A stretch of DNA of 64,000 bases from Burkholderiales bacterium (GTDB lineage Bacteria; Pseudomonadota; Gammaproteobacteria; Burkholderiales; Nitrosomonadaceae): assembly GCA_024235795.1 (NCBI GenBank), contig JACKLR010000002.1:887225-951224 (forward strand), read 5' to 3'. How positions within the stretch are numbered: the stretch's first letter is position 1; each line of letters starts with the position of its first letter. Below are positions 30,082 through 40,997 of this stretch, one piece after another. The notes below the pieces were generated by a model. That model made no database searches, was not told the origin of the DNA, and was given only the letters and a program-made list of their open reading frames with translations. Position numbers and translations under genes: made by a program.

Positions 30082-30480
30082 TTACTCCTCAAAATAACCA
30101 ATTGCACCAAGTGTTTGCTCAAATTTGCTACGTTTTTCTTCAACATTTTTTACTGTAATAGGTGGAACGCCTGTGCCCGAATACATCATTCGATCCCAAA
30201 CTGATCTGAGCTGATAGGGATAAACGCCAAGAATTTCTTTGGAAAAGCGGATATGAAGGGGATGCTTGTCAGGTAAGACAAAAGCGCGAACCGGTGTTCC
30301 GTCAGGCCAGTGTGTTTGTCTGGAAAAAAAGATTCTGCGTAATTGTTCTTGGTTTAACTCGGCGTTCTCTAGAGAACCGTGATTTATCTTAATAACAACA
30401 TCTGATGCAAAACCTACATTCGTTATAAAAAAGAATAACGTGATTGTAGAAAAAAAATAAATTTTTACTAATTTCACCAT
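30082..30480 (-). CDS. Small periplasmic binding-protein-like protein (phosphate-ABC SBP-like), partner of the porin
   Basis: Signal peptide, LRRIFFSRQTHWPDG and GAIGY motifs. Start at MVKLVK (30480). Confidence 0.7.
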   Translation of the reverse strand: MVKLVKIYFFSTITLFFFITNVGFASDVVIKINHGSLENAELNQEQLRRIFFSRQTHWPDGTPVRAFVLPDKHPLHIRFSKEILGVYPYQLRSVWDRMMYSGTGVPPITVKNVEEKRSKFEQTLGAIGYFEE

Positions 30481-30775
30481 AAGCGCAAGAATAACAGCTT
30501 GTGTTACTGAATATAATGGTATATTGCCACTGATGAATATTTTAGTGTGTGTTTCAAAATATGAATGATGCATTACTATCATTTTTTTATCATTCATTTA
30601 TCTTGACAAGAATCAAATGTTAGTGTCTATGGGTGTAGTATAAAGACAAGACCTGCTGGTGAAACAACGAAAAAGTAAATTTGATCTGTGAATTTGAGCT
30701 GGTTTTACTTTTTCTCATCTTCAATCGGTAAATATTAATATTTATTTTCAATATTTTAGTACCTGCTGACTATCT

Positions 30776-32164
30776 ATGGCTCAACCTACTCTTAGTATTA
30801 ATACCGGAGAAGCGCTAGAAACCTTTAAGACATCACCACATTCACTAGAAGCAGAGCAGTCGGTTCTGGGTGGTTTGATGTTGGATAACCAAACCTGGGA
30901 CAAAATTGCAGACATTATTACTGAAGAAGACTTTTATCGTCACGATCACCGGTTGATATATCATCATGTTTGCAAATTAATCGAACACAATAAACCGGCT
31001 GATGTTGTAACGGTAGCCGAGTCGCTGGAGTCATCAGCGGAATTGCAAACAGTTGGCGGATTGTCCTATATTGGCACCATCGTACAAAACACACCATCTG
31101 CGGCTAATATCAAACGTTACGCTGAAATTGTGCGAGAGCGTTCAATAATGCGAAACCTTGCTCAAGTTGGCGTGCAAATAACCGAGTCGGCATATCATCC
31201 AGCGGGACGTACAGCTGCAAACTTGCTGGATGAAGCAGAATCTAAAGTGTTTGAAATTGCTGAGGAAGGCGCACGTGGCAAACAAGGTTTTAGAGATATA
31301 CAACCTTTGCTAAAAGAAGTTGTTGAGCGTATAGAACTGCTCTATAGCCAGGACAACCCCAATGACGTTACTGGCATTGCCTCAGGTTTTCATGATCTTG
31401 ATCAGAAAACTTCCGGTTTTCAGCCTGGTGATTTAATTATTGTCGCTGGAAGACCATCCATGGGAAAAACAGCATTTTCACTAAATATAGCAGAATATGT
31501 CGCGCTAGAATTGGAGAAGCCGGTTGCAGTCTTCAGTATGGAAATGGGTGGCGCTCAATTGGCTATGCGTATGCTCGGATCGGTAGGCCGACTGGATCAG
31601 CACAAAGTTCGCACAGGCCGGCTGGACGACGATGACTGGCCAAAATTAACGCATGCATTAGGTAAACTCAATGATGCTCCAATTCATATTGATGAGAGCG
31701 CGGCGTTAAGTGCCTTGGAAGTCAGGGCCAGAGCAAGAAGGCTCTATCGTCAATATGGAGGGCTTGGGTTGATTGTAGTGGATTATCTTCAACTGATGAC
31801 TTCCAGCATGCCTGGTGAAAATAGGGCAACCGAAATATCCGAGATTTCTCGTGCCTTGAAGAGCCTTGCAAAGGAATTAAAAGTCCCTGTTATCGCATTA
31901 TCGCAACTCAATCGAAGCTTAGAACAGAGACCGAATAAGCGGCCAGTAATGTCAGATTTGCGTGAGTCAGGCGCAATTGAACAGGATGCGGATGTCATTC
32001 TGTTTATTTATCGGGATGAAGTATATAACCCGGAGACACAAGACAAGGGAATTGCCGAAATTATTATCGGCAAGCAGCGAAATGGCCCAATTGGAAAAGT
32101 AAACCTAACTTTTCTTGGCGAATATACCCGTTTTGAAAGCTATGCAAAAATGGAATATTTCTGA
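30776..32164 (+). CDS. dnaB: Replicative DNA helicase
   Basis: PHSLEAEQSVLGG, GRPSMGKT, VDYLQLM, SQLNR, DLRESGAIEQDAD, KQRNGP. Confidence 0.98.
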   Translation: MAQPTLSINTGEALETFKTSPHSLEAEQSVLGGLMLDNQTWDKIADIITEEDFYRHDHRLIYHHVCKLIEHNKPADVVTVAESLESSAELQTVGGLSYIGTIVQNTPSAANIKRYAEIVRERSIMRNLAQVGVQITESAYHPAGRTAANLLDEAESKVFEIAEEGARGKQGFRDIQPLLKEVVERIELLYSQDNPNDVTGIASGFHDLDQKTSGFQPGDLIIVAGRPSMGKTAFSLNIAEYVALELEKPVAVFSMEMGGAQLAMRMLGSVGRLDQHKVRTGRLDDDDWPKLTHALGKLNDAPIHIDESAALSALEVRARARRLYRQYGGLGLIVVDYLQLMTSSMPGENRATEISEISRALKSLAKELKVPVIALSQLNRSLEQRPNKRPVMSDLRESGAIEQDADVILFIYRDEVYNPETQDKGIAEIIIGKQRNGPIGKVNLTFLGEYTRFESYAKMEYF

Positions 32165-32266
32165 AAATATATTCTTATTTTAATAACGTCAAATTCATCT
32201 GGTATAAAATCAAAAAGCAAGAATGATTTTTTGTTCTTCCCTCATAATAAAACAATACATAAAGAA

Positions 32267-32295
32267 TTGCTTTCATGTATAGAAAAAAGTAGAAT
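32267..32295 (+). promoter_or_regulatory. sigma70-like promoter upstream of rpsT
   Basis: TTGCTT-17 nt-TAGAAT. Confidence 0.5.
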
Positions 32296-32445
32296 CGCAA
32301 GTTTTATTAATTTAAGGTTTCGGCTTCTTACCTTACTACCTTATACGCATAAATTTTATTTTATTTGTTCTAGGTTATAAGTTGAATACAATCAGTATCA
32401 GTAAGTTAGTATGTAGTAAAGTTTAAAAGGAGAAAAGGGTTTTCA

Positions 32446-32709
32446 ATGGCAAATAGTTCACAAGCAAGAAAGAGAGCAAGGCAGTCAATTAAAAGGCGTG
32501 AGCATAATATTGGTCTGCGTTCACGACTTCGTACAGCTATTAAACACGTCAGAAAAGCGATTGAAGCGGGTGATAAAAAAGAAGCGCAAGCTATTTTTAA
32601 TCAAACTGTCAGTACTGTGGACTCAATTGCTGATAAAGGGATTATTCATAAAAACAAGGCGGCAAGACAAAAGAGCCGCTTATCAGCAGCAATAAAAGCA
32701 ATGGCTTGA
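32446..32709 (+). CDS. rpsT: 30S ribosomal protein S20
   Basis: [37 protein letters not shown]. Confidence 0.98.
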   Translation: MANSSQARKRARQSIKRREHNIGLRSRLRTAIKHVRKAIEAGDKKEAQAIFNQTVSTVDSIADKGIIHKNKAARQKSRLSAAIKAMA

Positions 32710-32844
32710 TAAAAATACAGTCAATTTTTCCCGAATTGGCTGCCTTGCAACTGAACTAACTGATTTATCATTCTTTTCATTTCGAGCTGATTGAAATAAT
32801 CTACTGTGCATTAATCTCCAGCGCCAAGGGTTATGACAAACTGC

Positions 32845-32873
32845 TTGACACGGGCGGGGTGACTGAGTAGTCT
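32845..32873 (+). promoter_or_regulatory. sigma70-like promoter of the hao cluster
   Basis: TTGACA-17 nt-TAGTCT, about 230 nt upstream of the haoA start. Confidence 0.65.
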
Positions 32874-33103
32874 TACTTTGCGAAGTTAGAAGAAAGATCA
32901 GGTGCGGTGTAGTACTGTTGTGATGGGTTCGGGTGTTGAAGTTAGGGAGGCACAATGGATGAGCTTGTTGTGATGGTTCGAAGGGAAGCGGTGGTTATGA
33001 TGAAGAATAAGTAACTGCTGGATACAGCACTGAAGAGAAGAAGAAAACAAAGAGAAAGAAGTAAAAATAACTGGAAATGAACAGAGAGACAAAGGAGAGA
33101 GAG

Positions 33104-34810
33104 ATGATTTCCAAGCTATGGCTAAGATTGGTCATGTTTGTATGTGCATTTGCGCTGGCGGGTGCGGTACAGGCGATACCAAGCGTACCGGATGCGACAT
33201 ATGAGGCGTTGGGGCTTGACAGAGGAGCGAGTCCGAAGGAGTTGCATGAAGCGCTGGTGAAGCGCTACAAGGATCCTGAGCAAGGAGCGGGCAAGGGGAC
33301 GATGGGTGATTACTGGGAGCCGATTCCGCTGAGCACGTATATGGATCCGGCGACATTTTATGAGCCGCCGACCTCGATGCGAGACAAAGCGGACCGGAAA
33401 GAGTGCGTGGAATGTCACTCAGACGAATCGCCGGTATGGGTTAACGCATGGAAGAAGAGTACTCACGCGAATCTGGACAAGGTTCGTGCGTTAAAGCCAA
33501 GCGATCCGACATTTTACAAAAAAGGCAAACTTGAAGACGTAGAGAAGAACCTGCGTTCACTGGGTTATCTGAAAGACGGCGAGCAGCTGAAAGAAGTGGG
33601 CTGTATAGATTGCCATGCGGGTATCAACCAGGAAGGCAAGATTGACCACAGCAAAGACCTGATCATGCCGACAGCGGATGTGTGCGGCAAATGTCACTTG
33701 CAGGAATTTGCGGAACGCGAATCAGAGCGCGACACGCTGATCTGGCCGAACGGTCAATGGCCAGATGGACGCCCATCACATGCACTGGACTACAAAGCGA
33801 ACGTAGAGACCACGGTATGGGCGGCAATGCCACAACGTGAAGTAGCGGAAGGCTGTACCATGTGTCACATGAACCAGAACAAATGCGACACATGCCATAC
33901 GCGCCATGAATTCTCAGCGGCGGAATCCCGCAAACCGGAAGCGTGCGCGACCTGCCATAGTGGTGTAGACCACAACAACTGGGAAGCGTACTCGATGTCC
34001 AAGCACGGTAAAATAGTTGCCATGCTGGGCAATAACTGGAACTGGGACGTAGAGCTCAAGGATGCGTACAGCAAAGGCGGACAGACAGCGCCGACGTGTG
34101 CAGGCTGTCACATGGAGTTTGAAGGCGAATACAGCCACAACATGGTGAGAAAAATCCGCTGGGCGAACTATCCGTTTGTACCGGGTATCGCAGAGAACAT
34201 CAACAGCGAATGGTCAGAAGAGAGACTGGACGCATGGGTAGTGACTTGTACCCAATGTCACTCAGAGCGTTTTGCCCGTTCATATCTGGATCTGATGGAC
34301 AAAGGCACCTTGCAGGGTCTGGCGAAATACCAGGATGCGCATGAAGTTGTCGAGAAACTGTACAACGAAGGTTTGCTGGCGGGACAGAAGACCAACCGTC
34401 CGAATCCACCGGCACCGGAAAAACCAGGGTTCATGATCTTCACGCAACTGTTCTGGTCGCAAGACAACAACCCGGCCTCGATGGAGTTGAAAGTACTCGA
34501 GATGGGTGAGAACGACCTGGCTAAAATGCACGTTGGTCTTGCTCACGTAAACCCAGGTGGCTGGACGTATACCGAAGGGTGGGGTCCGATGAACCGTGCT
34601 TACGTTGAAGTACAGGACGAAAACTTCCGGATTCGCGAAATGGTTGCGTTAAAAGAACGCGTCGCGAAGCTTGAAGGCAAGCGCACCAGCTTACTGGATC
34701 TGGACAGCACGGCAGAGAAAATCTCGCTGGGTGGTTTAGGTGGCGGCATGCTGCTGGCAGGCACATTAGCCCTGGCAGGATGGCGTAAACGTAAGCAAAG
34801 CGAAGCTTGA
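33104..34810 (+). CDS. haoA: Hydroxylamine oxidoreductase (octaheme)
   Basis: Eight CxxCH motifs, GGWTYTEGW cross-link Tyr region, C-terminal TM anchor. AAGGAG RBS before the ATG at 33104. Confidence 0.98.
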   Translation: MISKLWLRLVMFVCAFALAGAVQAIPSVPDATYEALGLDRGASPKELHEALVKRYKDPEQGAGKGTMGDYWEPIPLSTYMDPATFYEPPTSMRDKADRKECVECHSDESPVWVNAWKKSTHANLDKVRALKPSDPTFYKKGKLEDVEKNLRSLGYLKDGEQLKEVGCIDCHAGINQEGKIDHSKDLIMPTADVCGKCHLQEFAERESERDTLIWPNGQWPDGRPSHALDYKANVETTVWAAMPQREVAEGCTMCHMNQNKCDTCHTRHEFSAAESRKPEACATCHSGVDHNNWEAYSMSKHGKIVAMLGNNWNWDVELKDAYSKGGQTAPTCAGCHMEFEGEYSHNMVRKIRWANYPFVPGIAENINSEWSEERLDAWVVTCTQCHSERFARSYLDLMDKGTLQGLAKYQDAHEVVEKLYNEGLLAGQKTNRPNPPAPEKPGFMIFTQLFWSQDNNPASMELKVLEMGENDLAKMHVGLAHVNPGGWTYTEGWGPMNRAYVEVQDENFRIREMVALKERVAKLEGKRTSLLDLDSTAEKISLGGLGGGMLLAGTLALAGWRKRKQSEA

Positions 34811-35853
34811 TACCCGCAGAGACGACCGGCCGCGCCACGCAAGTGAAGCGGTCGGGGGATAGATTACTCCCGTCATTAGGCATACTCCTGGTGACGGGAG
34901 GTTTGGTTTTTCTGGGGTGGTTTGCGTACTTATGGTTTGCGCCGGGGCAAGCGCCGTATCAATACCAGAAAATATCATCCGGGAACCCGCAGCAGTATCC
35001 TGAACTGGAACTGGATGCGTGGCCGGAACTGACCATCAGTCATTATGACGTTATCGTACCGGAAGTAGAAAAACCCATAGCGCAGGCGATGGTGGCACAG
35101 CGGGACGGCACAGCGCCGGTGCTTGTCAAATGGCAAAACAACAGCAAAGAAAACCTGCATGCGCTGGATTGGAAATCATCCGAGCTGAGTGCGCTGGCCA
35201 AAGCCATCAGCCAATATGCCGCGAAAGATGCGCTCATCATTGCCTGGTGGGACATTTCGCAACAAATCAACCTGTTGACTGGCTATGAGACCTTGTTCAC
35301 CAGTCATCTGAACGAACCGTTGATCATCCCGCAGCACTGGCAGGAACATATTGCAGCGATAGATGCCTATGAACAGGAATTCTGGCAAAGCAAGCCTGTC
35401 CAAAAAGAACTGGCGCAATTCGAGGATTTCAGCAAAGCACTGACGGCCGAGCCGGAAGAAGGCGTAGCCACGTTACGCAGACTTGCTGGAGATGATCGTG
35501 AAGCCTACGTCATTGTTCATGTCACAGACCTGTACAAACTGGGTCTCATGTACCCGGATAAAATAGGGGTTGCCTACCAGAACTTTCCGCTGACCGGCAA
35601 CATTCATGGCATGATCAACCACATGAAAGTCCAGCTCAAGGAGAACGACTTTGATACGTATACCCTGCAATCGATCACCGATACGCAAATCAGAGTCTAC
35701 TTTCTGAGCGACGAACAAAGCAGTGAAACCCTGCTGGCGAAAATGCTGCCGTTCACCGACAAAGACGCACCGATGGAACTGGAAGCGCTGCAGCTCGTAT
35801 ACCAGAGCGGCGGCTACTGGGTATACAAAATACCGGGCGGTCGGGAAAGCTGA
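34807..35853 (+). CDS. haoB: Hydroxylamine oxidation protein HaoB (orf2)
   Basis: TTG start overlapping the haoA stop, N-terminal TM helix, AWWD motif, conserved position between haoA and cycA. Confidence 0.92.
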   Translation: MIPAETTGRATQVKRSGDRLLPSLGILLVTGGLVFLGWFAYLWFAPGQAPYQYQKISSGNPQQYPELELDAWPELTISHYDVIVPEVEKPIAQAMVAQRDGTAPVLVKWQNNSKENLHALDWKSSELSALAKAISQYAAKDALIIAWWDISQQINLLTGYETLFTSHLNEPLIIPQHWQEHIAAIDAYEQEFWQSKPVQKELAQFEDFSKALTAEPEEGVATLRRLAGDDREAYVIVHVTDLYKLGLMYPDKIGVAYQNFPLTGNIHGMINHMKVQLKENDFDTYTLQSITDTQIRVYFLSDEQSSETLLAKMLPFTDKDAPMELEALQLVYQSGGYWVYKIPGGRES

Positions 35854-36014
35854 CTGATAGAATAAAGGACAGCGGAGACGGTCACAGTTAAAATAAAAAC
35901 AACACTGACGACAAAAAAGTGCGCGCCCATCCCTATAACCCATTTACACATTCGGGTGATCGCGTACAATACGCGGCTTATGAACTTGAAATAAAAAAAG
36001 TATAAGGAGGAAGG

Positions 36015-36740
36015 ATGAAACACCCAATAACGTACCTACTGGCGATATTTGCGCTGTTTGCGTTTTTCACAGGCACAGCGGTAGCGGATTTTGAGGGACG
36101 CAAGAAATGCAGTTCGTGCCACAAATCGCAGGCGAAATCCTGGAATGACACAGCGCATGCGAAAGCGATGGAGTCACTCAAAGCGGGCGAGCGCAAAGAA
36201 GCCAAAGAGAAGGCAGGACTTGATCCGGACAAAGACTACACCAAAGACAAAGACTGCGTAGGCTGTCACGTAGATGGCTGGGAGCAAAGAGGCGGCTATA
36301 CAATTGAGAGACCGAGAAAGCACCTGGCGGCGGTAGGCTGTGAATCCTGTCATGGAGCGGGCAAGAAATATCGTGGTGACCATCGTAAAGGCGGTCAGCA
36401 ATTTGAAAGAAGCGGCAGAACGACCGAGCGTAAACGTCTGGCGGACAGAGGTCAGGACTTTCATTTTGAAGAAGCGTGTGCGGCCTGTCACCTGAACTAC
36501 GAAGGATCGGGCTGGAAAGGCACGAAAGAACCTTACACCCCGTTCACCCCGGACGTTGATGAGAAATACCGCTTTGACTTTGACAAAATGGTGAAAGACG
36601 ACAGCGCGATGCATGCGCACTACAAACTGGATGGTGCATTTGTAGGTGAACCGAAATTCAAATATCACGACGAATTCCAGGCCAACGCTGAAGAAGGTGA
36701 AAAAGGCGACGAAGACGACGATGACGACGATGACGATTAA
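36015..36740 (+). CDS. cycA: Cytochrome c554 (tetraheme)
   Basis: FEGRKKCSSCH, CVGCH, CESCH, CAACH. AGGAGG RBS. Poly-Asp tail. Confidence 0.97.
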   Translation: MKHPITYLLAIFALFAFFTGTAVADFEGRKKCSSCHKSQAKSWNDTAHAKAMESLKAGERKEAKEKAGLDPDKDYTKDKDCVGCHVDGWEQRGGYTIERPRKHLAAVGCESCHGAGKKYRGDHRKGGQQFERSGRTTERKRLADRGQDFHFEEACAACHLNYEGSGWKGTKEPYTPFTPDVDEKYRFDFDKMVKDDSAMHAHYKLDGAFVGEPKFKYHDEFQANAEEGEKGDEDDDDDDDD

Positions 36741-36752
36741 CAGGAGACCTGA

Positions 36753-37379
36753 ATGACTGGATTACAAAAAGGAGCGATAGGTACTCTGCTGACAGGAGCA
36801 TTACTGGGCATAGTCTTGGTAGGCGTGGTATTTGGGGGAGAAGCGGCGTTATCGACAGATGAATTCTGCACGAGCTGCCACTCGATGACCTATCCTCAGG
36901 ACGAATTGAAAGAATCGACCCACTATGGTGCCTTGGGTGCTAATCCTGGGTGTAAGCATTGTCATATACCACAGGGATTCAAGAACTTTCATCTGGCGGT
37001 TTATACGCATGTGGTAGATGGTGCGCGTGAATTATGGCTGGAGTTGGTCAATGATTACTCGACGCTGGAGAAGTTTAACGAGCGCCGGTTGATCATGGCG
37101 CATGATGCGCGCATGAACCTGAAGAAATGGGACAGCGTGACATGCCGTGACTGTCACAGGAACCCGGATCCACCGGGAGATGATGCGCAAGCGGCACACA
37201 AGCGAATGGAGACCCATGGGGCGACCTGTATAGATTGTCATCAGAACCTGGTGCATGAAGAAGCGCCGATGACGGATCTGGATGCCAGCAAAGCACAGGG
37301 TAAACTGGTGCTGAAGGCGGACGACTGGGATGACTGGGAAGAAGATGACGACGATGACGATGATGATGACGATTATTGA
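36753..37379 (+). CDS. cycB: Cytochrome cm552 (NapC/NirT family tetraheme)
   Basis: N-terminal TM helix, four CxxCH motifs, acidic C-terminal tail. Confidence 0.96.
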   Translation: MTGLQKGAIGTLLTGALLGIVLVGVVFGGEAALSTDEFCTSCHSMTYPQDELKESTHYGALGANPGCKHCHIPQGFKNFHLAVYTHVVDGARELWLELVNDYSTLEKFNERRLIMAHDARMNLKKWDSVTCRDCHRNPDPPGDDAQAAHKRMETHGATCIDCHQNLVHEEAPMTDLDASKAQGKLVLKADDWDDWEEDDDDDDDDDDY

Positions 37380-37456
37380 TTGTCATGAAATTCCGAATCG
37401 ATTATTTTTAATTGCTTAGGTTCTAACTGATGCAATTAGGGAAATCGTCAGTATAA

Positions 37457-37498
37457 CAACAACCCACATAGATTTATTTATGTGGGTTGTTGCTTTTC
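37457..37498 (+). terminator. Rho-independent terminator of the hao cluster
   Basis: CAACAACCCACATA-8 nt-TATGTGGGTTGTTG perfect 14-bp stem followed by CTTTTC. Confidence 0.85.
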
Positions 37499-37767
37499 TG
37501 ATACAGTATAATAAATGAATAAACTCTATTGCGATTGATAAAAAACACGATGCACGATGCTTGTTGCATATGTAAGATCAATAATTAAACAAGTTGATCG
37601 ATATATAAATTCATTATTCCTTACAGAAACTCGGTAATATATGGTTTCTCCTGTAGAACTATCTAAAAAATCCACATATCAATAATTTTCATAAAGGTAT
37701 TAAAATAATGTACCTGTTTGTTTTAAAGAATTAAATTAAAAAGTAATCATTAAGGAGTTTTTATTTA

Positions 37768-39237
37768 ATGTTATTTGAGCAACTTGGCTTATCAACCGAT
37801 CTCTTACGTGCTGTTGATGAAGAAGGGTACAAACAGCCGACACCCATACAAGAAAAAGCAATTCCAGTTATTTTAGAAGGCAAAGATGTTATGGGCGCCG
37901 CGCAAACGGGCACGGGCAAGACTGCCGGATTTACGCTGCCCATGCTGCGCCGTCTTGAAGTTTATGCAAATACCAGCATGTCTCCTGCGAGGCATCCAGT
38001 TCGTGCTTTAGTTCTGGTTCCGACCCGGGAGTTAGCAATACAGGTATTTGAAAGTATTAAAAGTTTCAGCAAGCACACTAACCTGAGATCAACACTTGTA
38101 TATGGTGGTGTAAATATCGATAGTCAAACAGCGGCCATTCGAAATGGCATTGAAATATTGGTTGCGACACCCGGTCGGCTACTTGATCACCTTCAGCAAA
38201 AATATTTGACGCTTTCGAAGGTGGAAATATTGATTTTAGACGAAGCCGATCGAATGTTGGATATGGGTTTTTTGCCCGATATCAAAAGAATATTAAATGT
38301 ACTGCCTGAAAAACGTCAGAATTTGATGTTTTCGGCCACTTTTTCCAACGACATTAAAAAACTTGCTAATCAACTATTGAATAACCCTGTCCTGATAGAG
38401 GTGGCAAAACAAAATTCAATTAATGACATGATTACGCATGTTGTCTATGAAACCAAATCAAATTTTAAATCAGAATTACTGGTTCATTTAATTAAAGAAA
38501 AAAAATTGGATCAGGTTTTGATTTTCAATCGAACAAAATCAGGTGCGGATCGGCTAAAACAGTTTCTAGATCGTCAGGGAGTTTTGTCTGCGGTAATTCA
38601 TGGCGATAAAAATCAGCTTCAGCGTTGCCAGGCATTGGATGAATTTAAACAGGATATCATTAAAGTTTTGGTGGCAACAGATGTTGCAGCAAGAGGTTTG
38701 GATATCGAAGAATTATCTTGCGTTATTAATTTCGAATTGCCCAATAATCCTGAAGACTATATTCATCGTATAGGTCGAACAGGACGTGCAGGCGCAAAAG
38801 GTTTTGCAATTTCACTTGTATCCCCGGAGGAAAAAAAGTTACTCACCGGGATAGAGAAATTATTAAATAAGAAAATAAAAATTGAAAAAATTGCACAATT
38901 TGATAAGACTCAAGAGCAAAAACACAAACCTAGAGCGAGAAATACACAAAACGATAAAAGTGTAAGCCATAATCCTGTGCAAAAGGATAATAAAAGCAAA
39001 ACTACTGATCAGCAGGTTGAAGTTATTTACTTTAACGGTGTCCATGTTAATCGTAATAACGTAACAAAAAAGAGGGTTGTCAACGATCCATTATTTACCC
39101 AACCCTATAATTCAGATGAATCGGCGCTAAAATCGGAAAAACGATCTGAATTGGATCAAAAATCAAGGCGTCATAGGGAAAGAAAGTATCCAATAAGACC
39201 CGTACCTGCATTATTTGCCCCGCCTGTCAGCAAGTAA
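37768..39237 (+). CDS. rhlE: DEAD-box RNA helicase (RhlE-like)
   Basis: AQTGTGKT, PTRELA, TPGRLLDH, DEAD, SAT, ARGLD, HRIGRTGR. Confidence 0.9.
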   Translation: MLFEQLGLSTDLLRAVDEEGYKQPTPIQEKAIPVILEGKDVMGAAQTGTGKTAGFTLPMLRRLEVYANTSMSPARHPVRALVLVPTRELAIQVFESIKSFSKHTNLRSTLVYGGVNIDSQTAAIRNGIEILVATPGRLLDHLQQKYLTLSKVEILILDEADRMLDMGFLPDIKRILNVLPEKRQNLMFSATFSNDIKKLANQLLNNPVLIEVAKQNSINDMITHVVYETKSNFKSELLVHLIKEKKLDQVLIFNRTKSGADRLKQFLDRQGVLSAVIHGDKNQLQRCQALDEFKQDIIKVLVATDVAARGLDIEELSCVINFELPNNPEDYIHRIGRTGRAGAKGFAISLVSPEEKKLLTGIEKLLNKKIKIEKIAQFDKTQEQKHKPRARNTQNDKSVSHNPVQKDNKSKTTDQQVEVIYFNGVHVNRNNVTKKRVVNDPLFTQPYNSDESALKSEKRSELDQKSRRHRERKYPIRPVPALFAPPVSK

Positions 39238-39406
39238 ATACGTTGACGAGAACGGACCTAATTTCACCCGTTTATCTACACCAACAAATAGAACTTACTT
39301 ATGACAAGGCATAGATAATACAATATGGCTTATTAAAATGATTGCTTGGGTGTTTACTTGTCGTTTCAACTTGAATAAATCAGTGCGATGTCGAGGAGGA
39401 TGGCAG

Positions 39407-39739
39407 ATGGCCGGAATAATAAAAAGCTTAATTGTTGTCGCGTGTACAATCCTTGTATTGTGCAATTCCGTCTACGCCCAGTCGGAGTTTGATGAGACGC
39501 GCGGTGAATTGCTATATTCAATTCATTGCATTTCGTGTCATGATTCTGAAATTCACTGGCGAGAAAAAAAGCTGGCAACGAACTGGGATACTTTAAAAGA
39601 CCAAGTTGAACGCTGGCAAGTTAACCTTGCGCTTGATTGGAGTGATAACGACATCATCGATGTTACGGGGTATTTAAACCTGCAGTTTTATCATTTTCCG
39701 GTGATGTTAAGGAATGGCCTAAGCGAGAATGATCGGTAA
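39407..39739 (+). CDS. Periplasmic monoheme c-type cytochrome
   Basis: Signal peptide, single CISCH motif. GAGGAGG RBS before the ATG at 39407. Confidence 0.8.
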   Translation: MAGIIKSLIVVACTILVLCNSVYAQSEFDETRGELLYSIHCISCHDSEIHWREKKLATNWDTLKDQVERWQVNLALDWSDNDIIDVTGYLNLQFYHFPVMLRNGLSENDR

Positions 39740-39771
39740 TGGAATTAGCGCTAAAGGCTCGGTAATAACAA

Positions 39772-39785
39772 ATGACAAACGTCAA
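39772..39785. promoter_or_regulatory. FNR/CRP-family-like palindromic box
   Basis: ATGAC-AAAC-GTCAA, one mismatch from TTGAC-N4-GTCAA, 50 nt upstream of the dehydrogenase ATG. Confidence 0.4.
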
Positions 39786-39835
39786 TACATACAAATTCTT
39801 TGAGTTTATCGCAACGCACGCGAATGAGCTAACAC

Positions 39836-40972
39836 ATGCCTGATACACTGTTTCGTTTTGCCGATACATTGGGTCCGTTAAAAATTATTCATGTTTATGA
39901 GCCTTCAGTGGACTTGAAAGCCGTACTGGTAGTGGATAATGTAGCTAAAGGGCCTTCAATCGGCGGTGTGCGTATGGCGCCTGATGTTTCAACCGAAGAA
40001 TGTTTCCGTCTGGCGCGCGCCATGACAATGAAAAATGCTGCTGCTGGCTTGCCGCACGGTGGTGGAAAAGTTGTCGTTTACGGTGATCCAAAAATGCCGA
40101 AAGACGAAAAATCGCTCAAATTACGAGCCCTTGCAAGCGCGTTACGAAACGAAGAGAGTTATGTTTTTGCACCCGATATGGGTACTGATGAAGAATGCAT
40201 GGCGTGGATTCGTGATGAAATAGGCCGGGTTGTCGCACTGCCACGTGAATTAGGTGGCATACCACTGGATGAAATTGGCGCAACCGGTTGGGGATTGAGT
40301 CATGTTGTCGAAGTTGCATGTGATTTTTGTAATTTTGATCTGGCTGGCGCCCGTTTTGCAATTCAGGGGTTTGGTGCGGTTGGCAAACATACCGCGCGTT
40401 TCTTGACAAACAAAGGTGCGGTGTTAATTGCGGCGTCGGATTCTCAGGGTACGATCAGAAACGAGGGTGGTCTGAATGTCAATGAACTGATCCAACTCAA
40501 GGAAAAAGGTAAAAGCGTTATCGAGTATCCGAATGGTGACTGTTTCGATTGTGATGGTATTATAGATGTTGAGTGCGATATCTGGATACCGGCGGCAAGA
40601 CCCGATGTGATTCATGTCGAAAATGTCGAACGATTAAACACAAAATTGATTGTGCAAGGTGCAAATATTCCAGTCACACATGCTGCCGAGAAACTACTAT
40701 CCAAAAAAGGTATTTTATATGTGCCTGACTTTATAGCAAATGCCGGTGGCGTGATATGTGCAGCAATGGAGTACCATGGTGCGAACGAAAGTGCTGCACT
40801 TGCAGTTATTGAAGAAAAAGTACGGCGAAACACGAAACTGGTTTTAACACGCTCAAAAGCGGAAAGCATAGAGCCGAGACAAGCTGCAATCGATTTAGCG
40901 ATAGAACGTGTAAAAACCGCAATGGGTTTTAGACGATTCTCAACATTCTCCATGGGGCCGCGATTTATTTAG
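39836..40972 (+). CDS. Glu/Leu/Phe/Val dehydrogenase family, neutral-amino-acid type
   Basis: GPSIGGVRM, MTMKNA, GGGK, APDMGT, GFGAVG (Rossmann), PDFIANAGGV. Confidence 0.88.
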   Translation: MPDTLFRFADTLGPLKIIHVYEPSVDLKAVLVVDNVAKGPSIGGVRMAPDVSTEECFRLARAMTMKNAAAGLPHGGGKVVVYGDPKMPKDEKSLKLRALASALRNEESYVFAPDMGTDEECMAWIRDEIGRVVALPRELGGIPLDEIGATGWGLSHVVEVACDFCNFDLAGARFAIQGFGAVGKHTARFLTNKGAVLIAASDSQGTIRNEGGLNVNELIQLKEKGKSVIEYPNGDCFDCDGIIDVECDIWIPAARPDVIHVENVERLNTKLIVQGANIPVTHAAEKLLSKKGILYVPDFIANAGGVICAAMEYHGANESAALAVIEEKVRRNTKLVLTRSKAESIEPRQAAIDLAIERVKTAMGFRRFSTFSMGPRFI

Positions 40973-40997
40973 CGTGGACAAATAACGGGGTATTGCA

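Noticed and set aside
33122-37386. Many minus-strand ORFs across the hao cluster (e.g. 35473-35943, 36174-36668)
   Set aside because: Shadow ORFs from the biased codon usage of highly expressed genes; no motifs or RBS.
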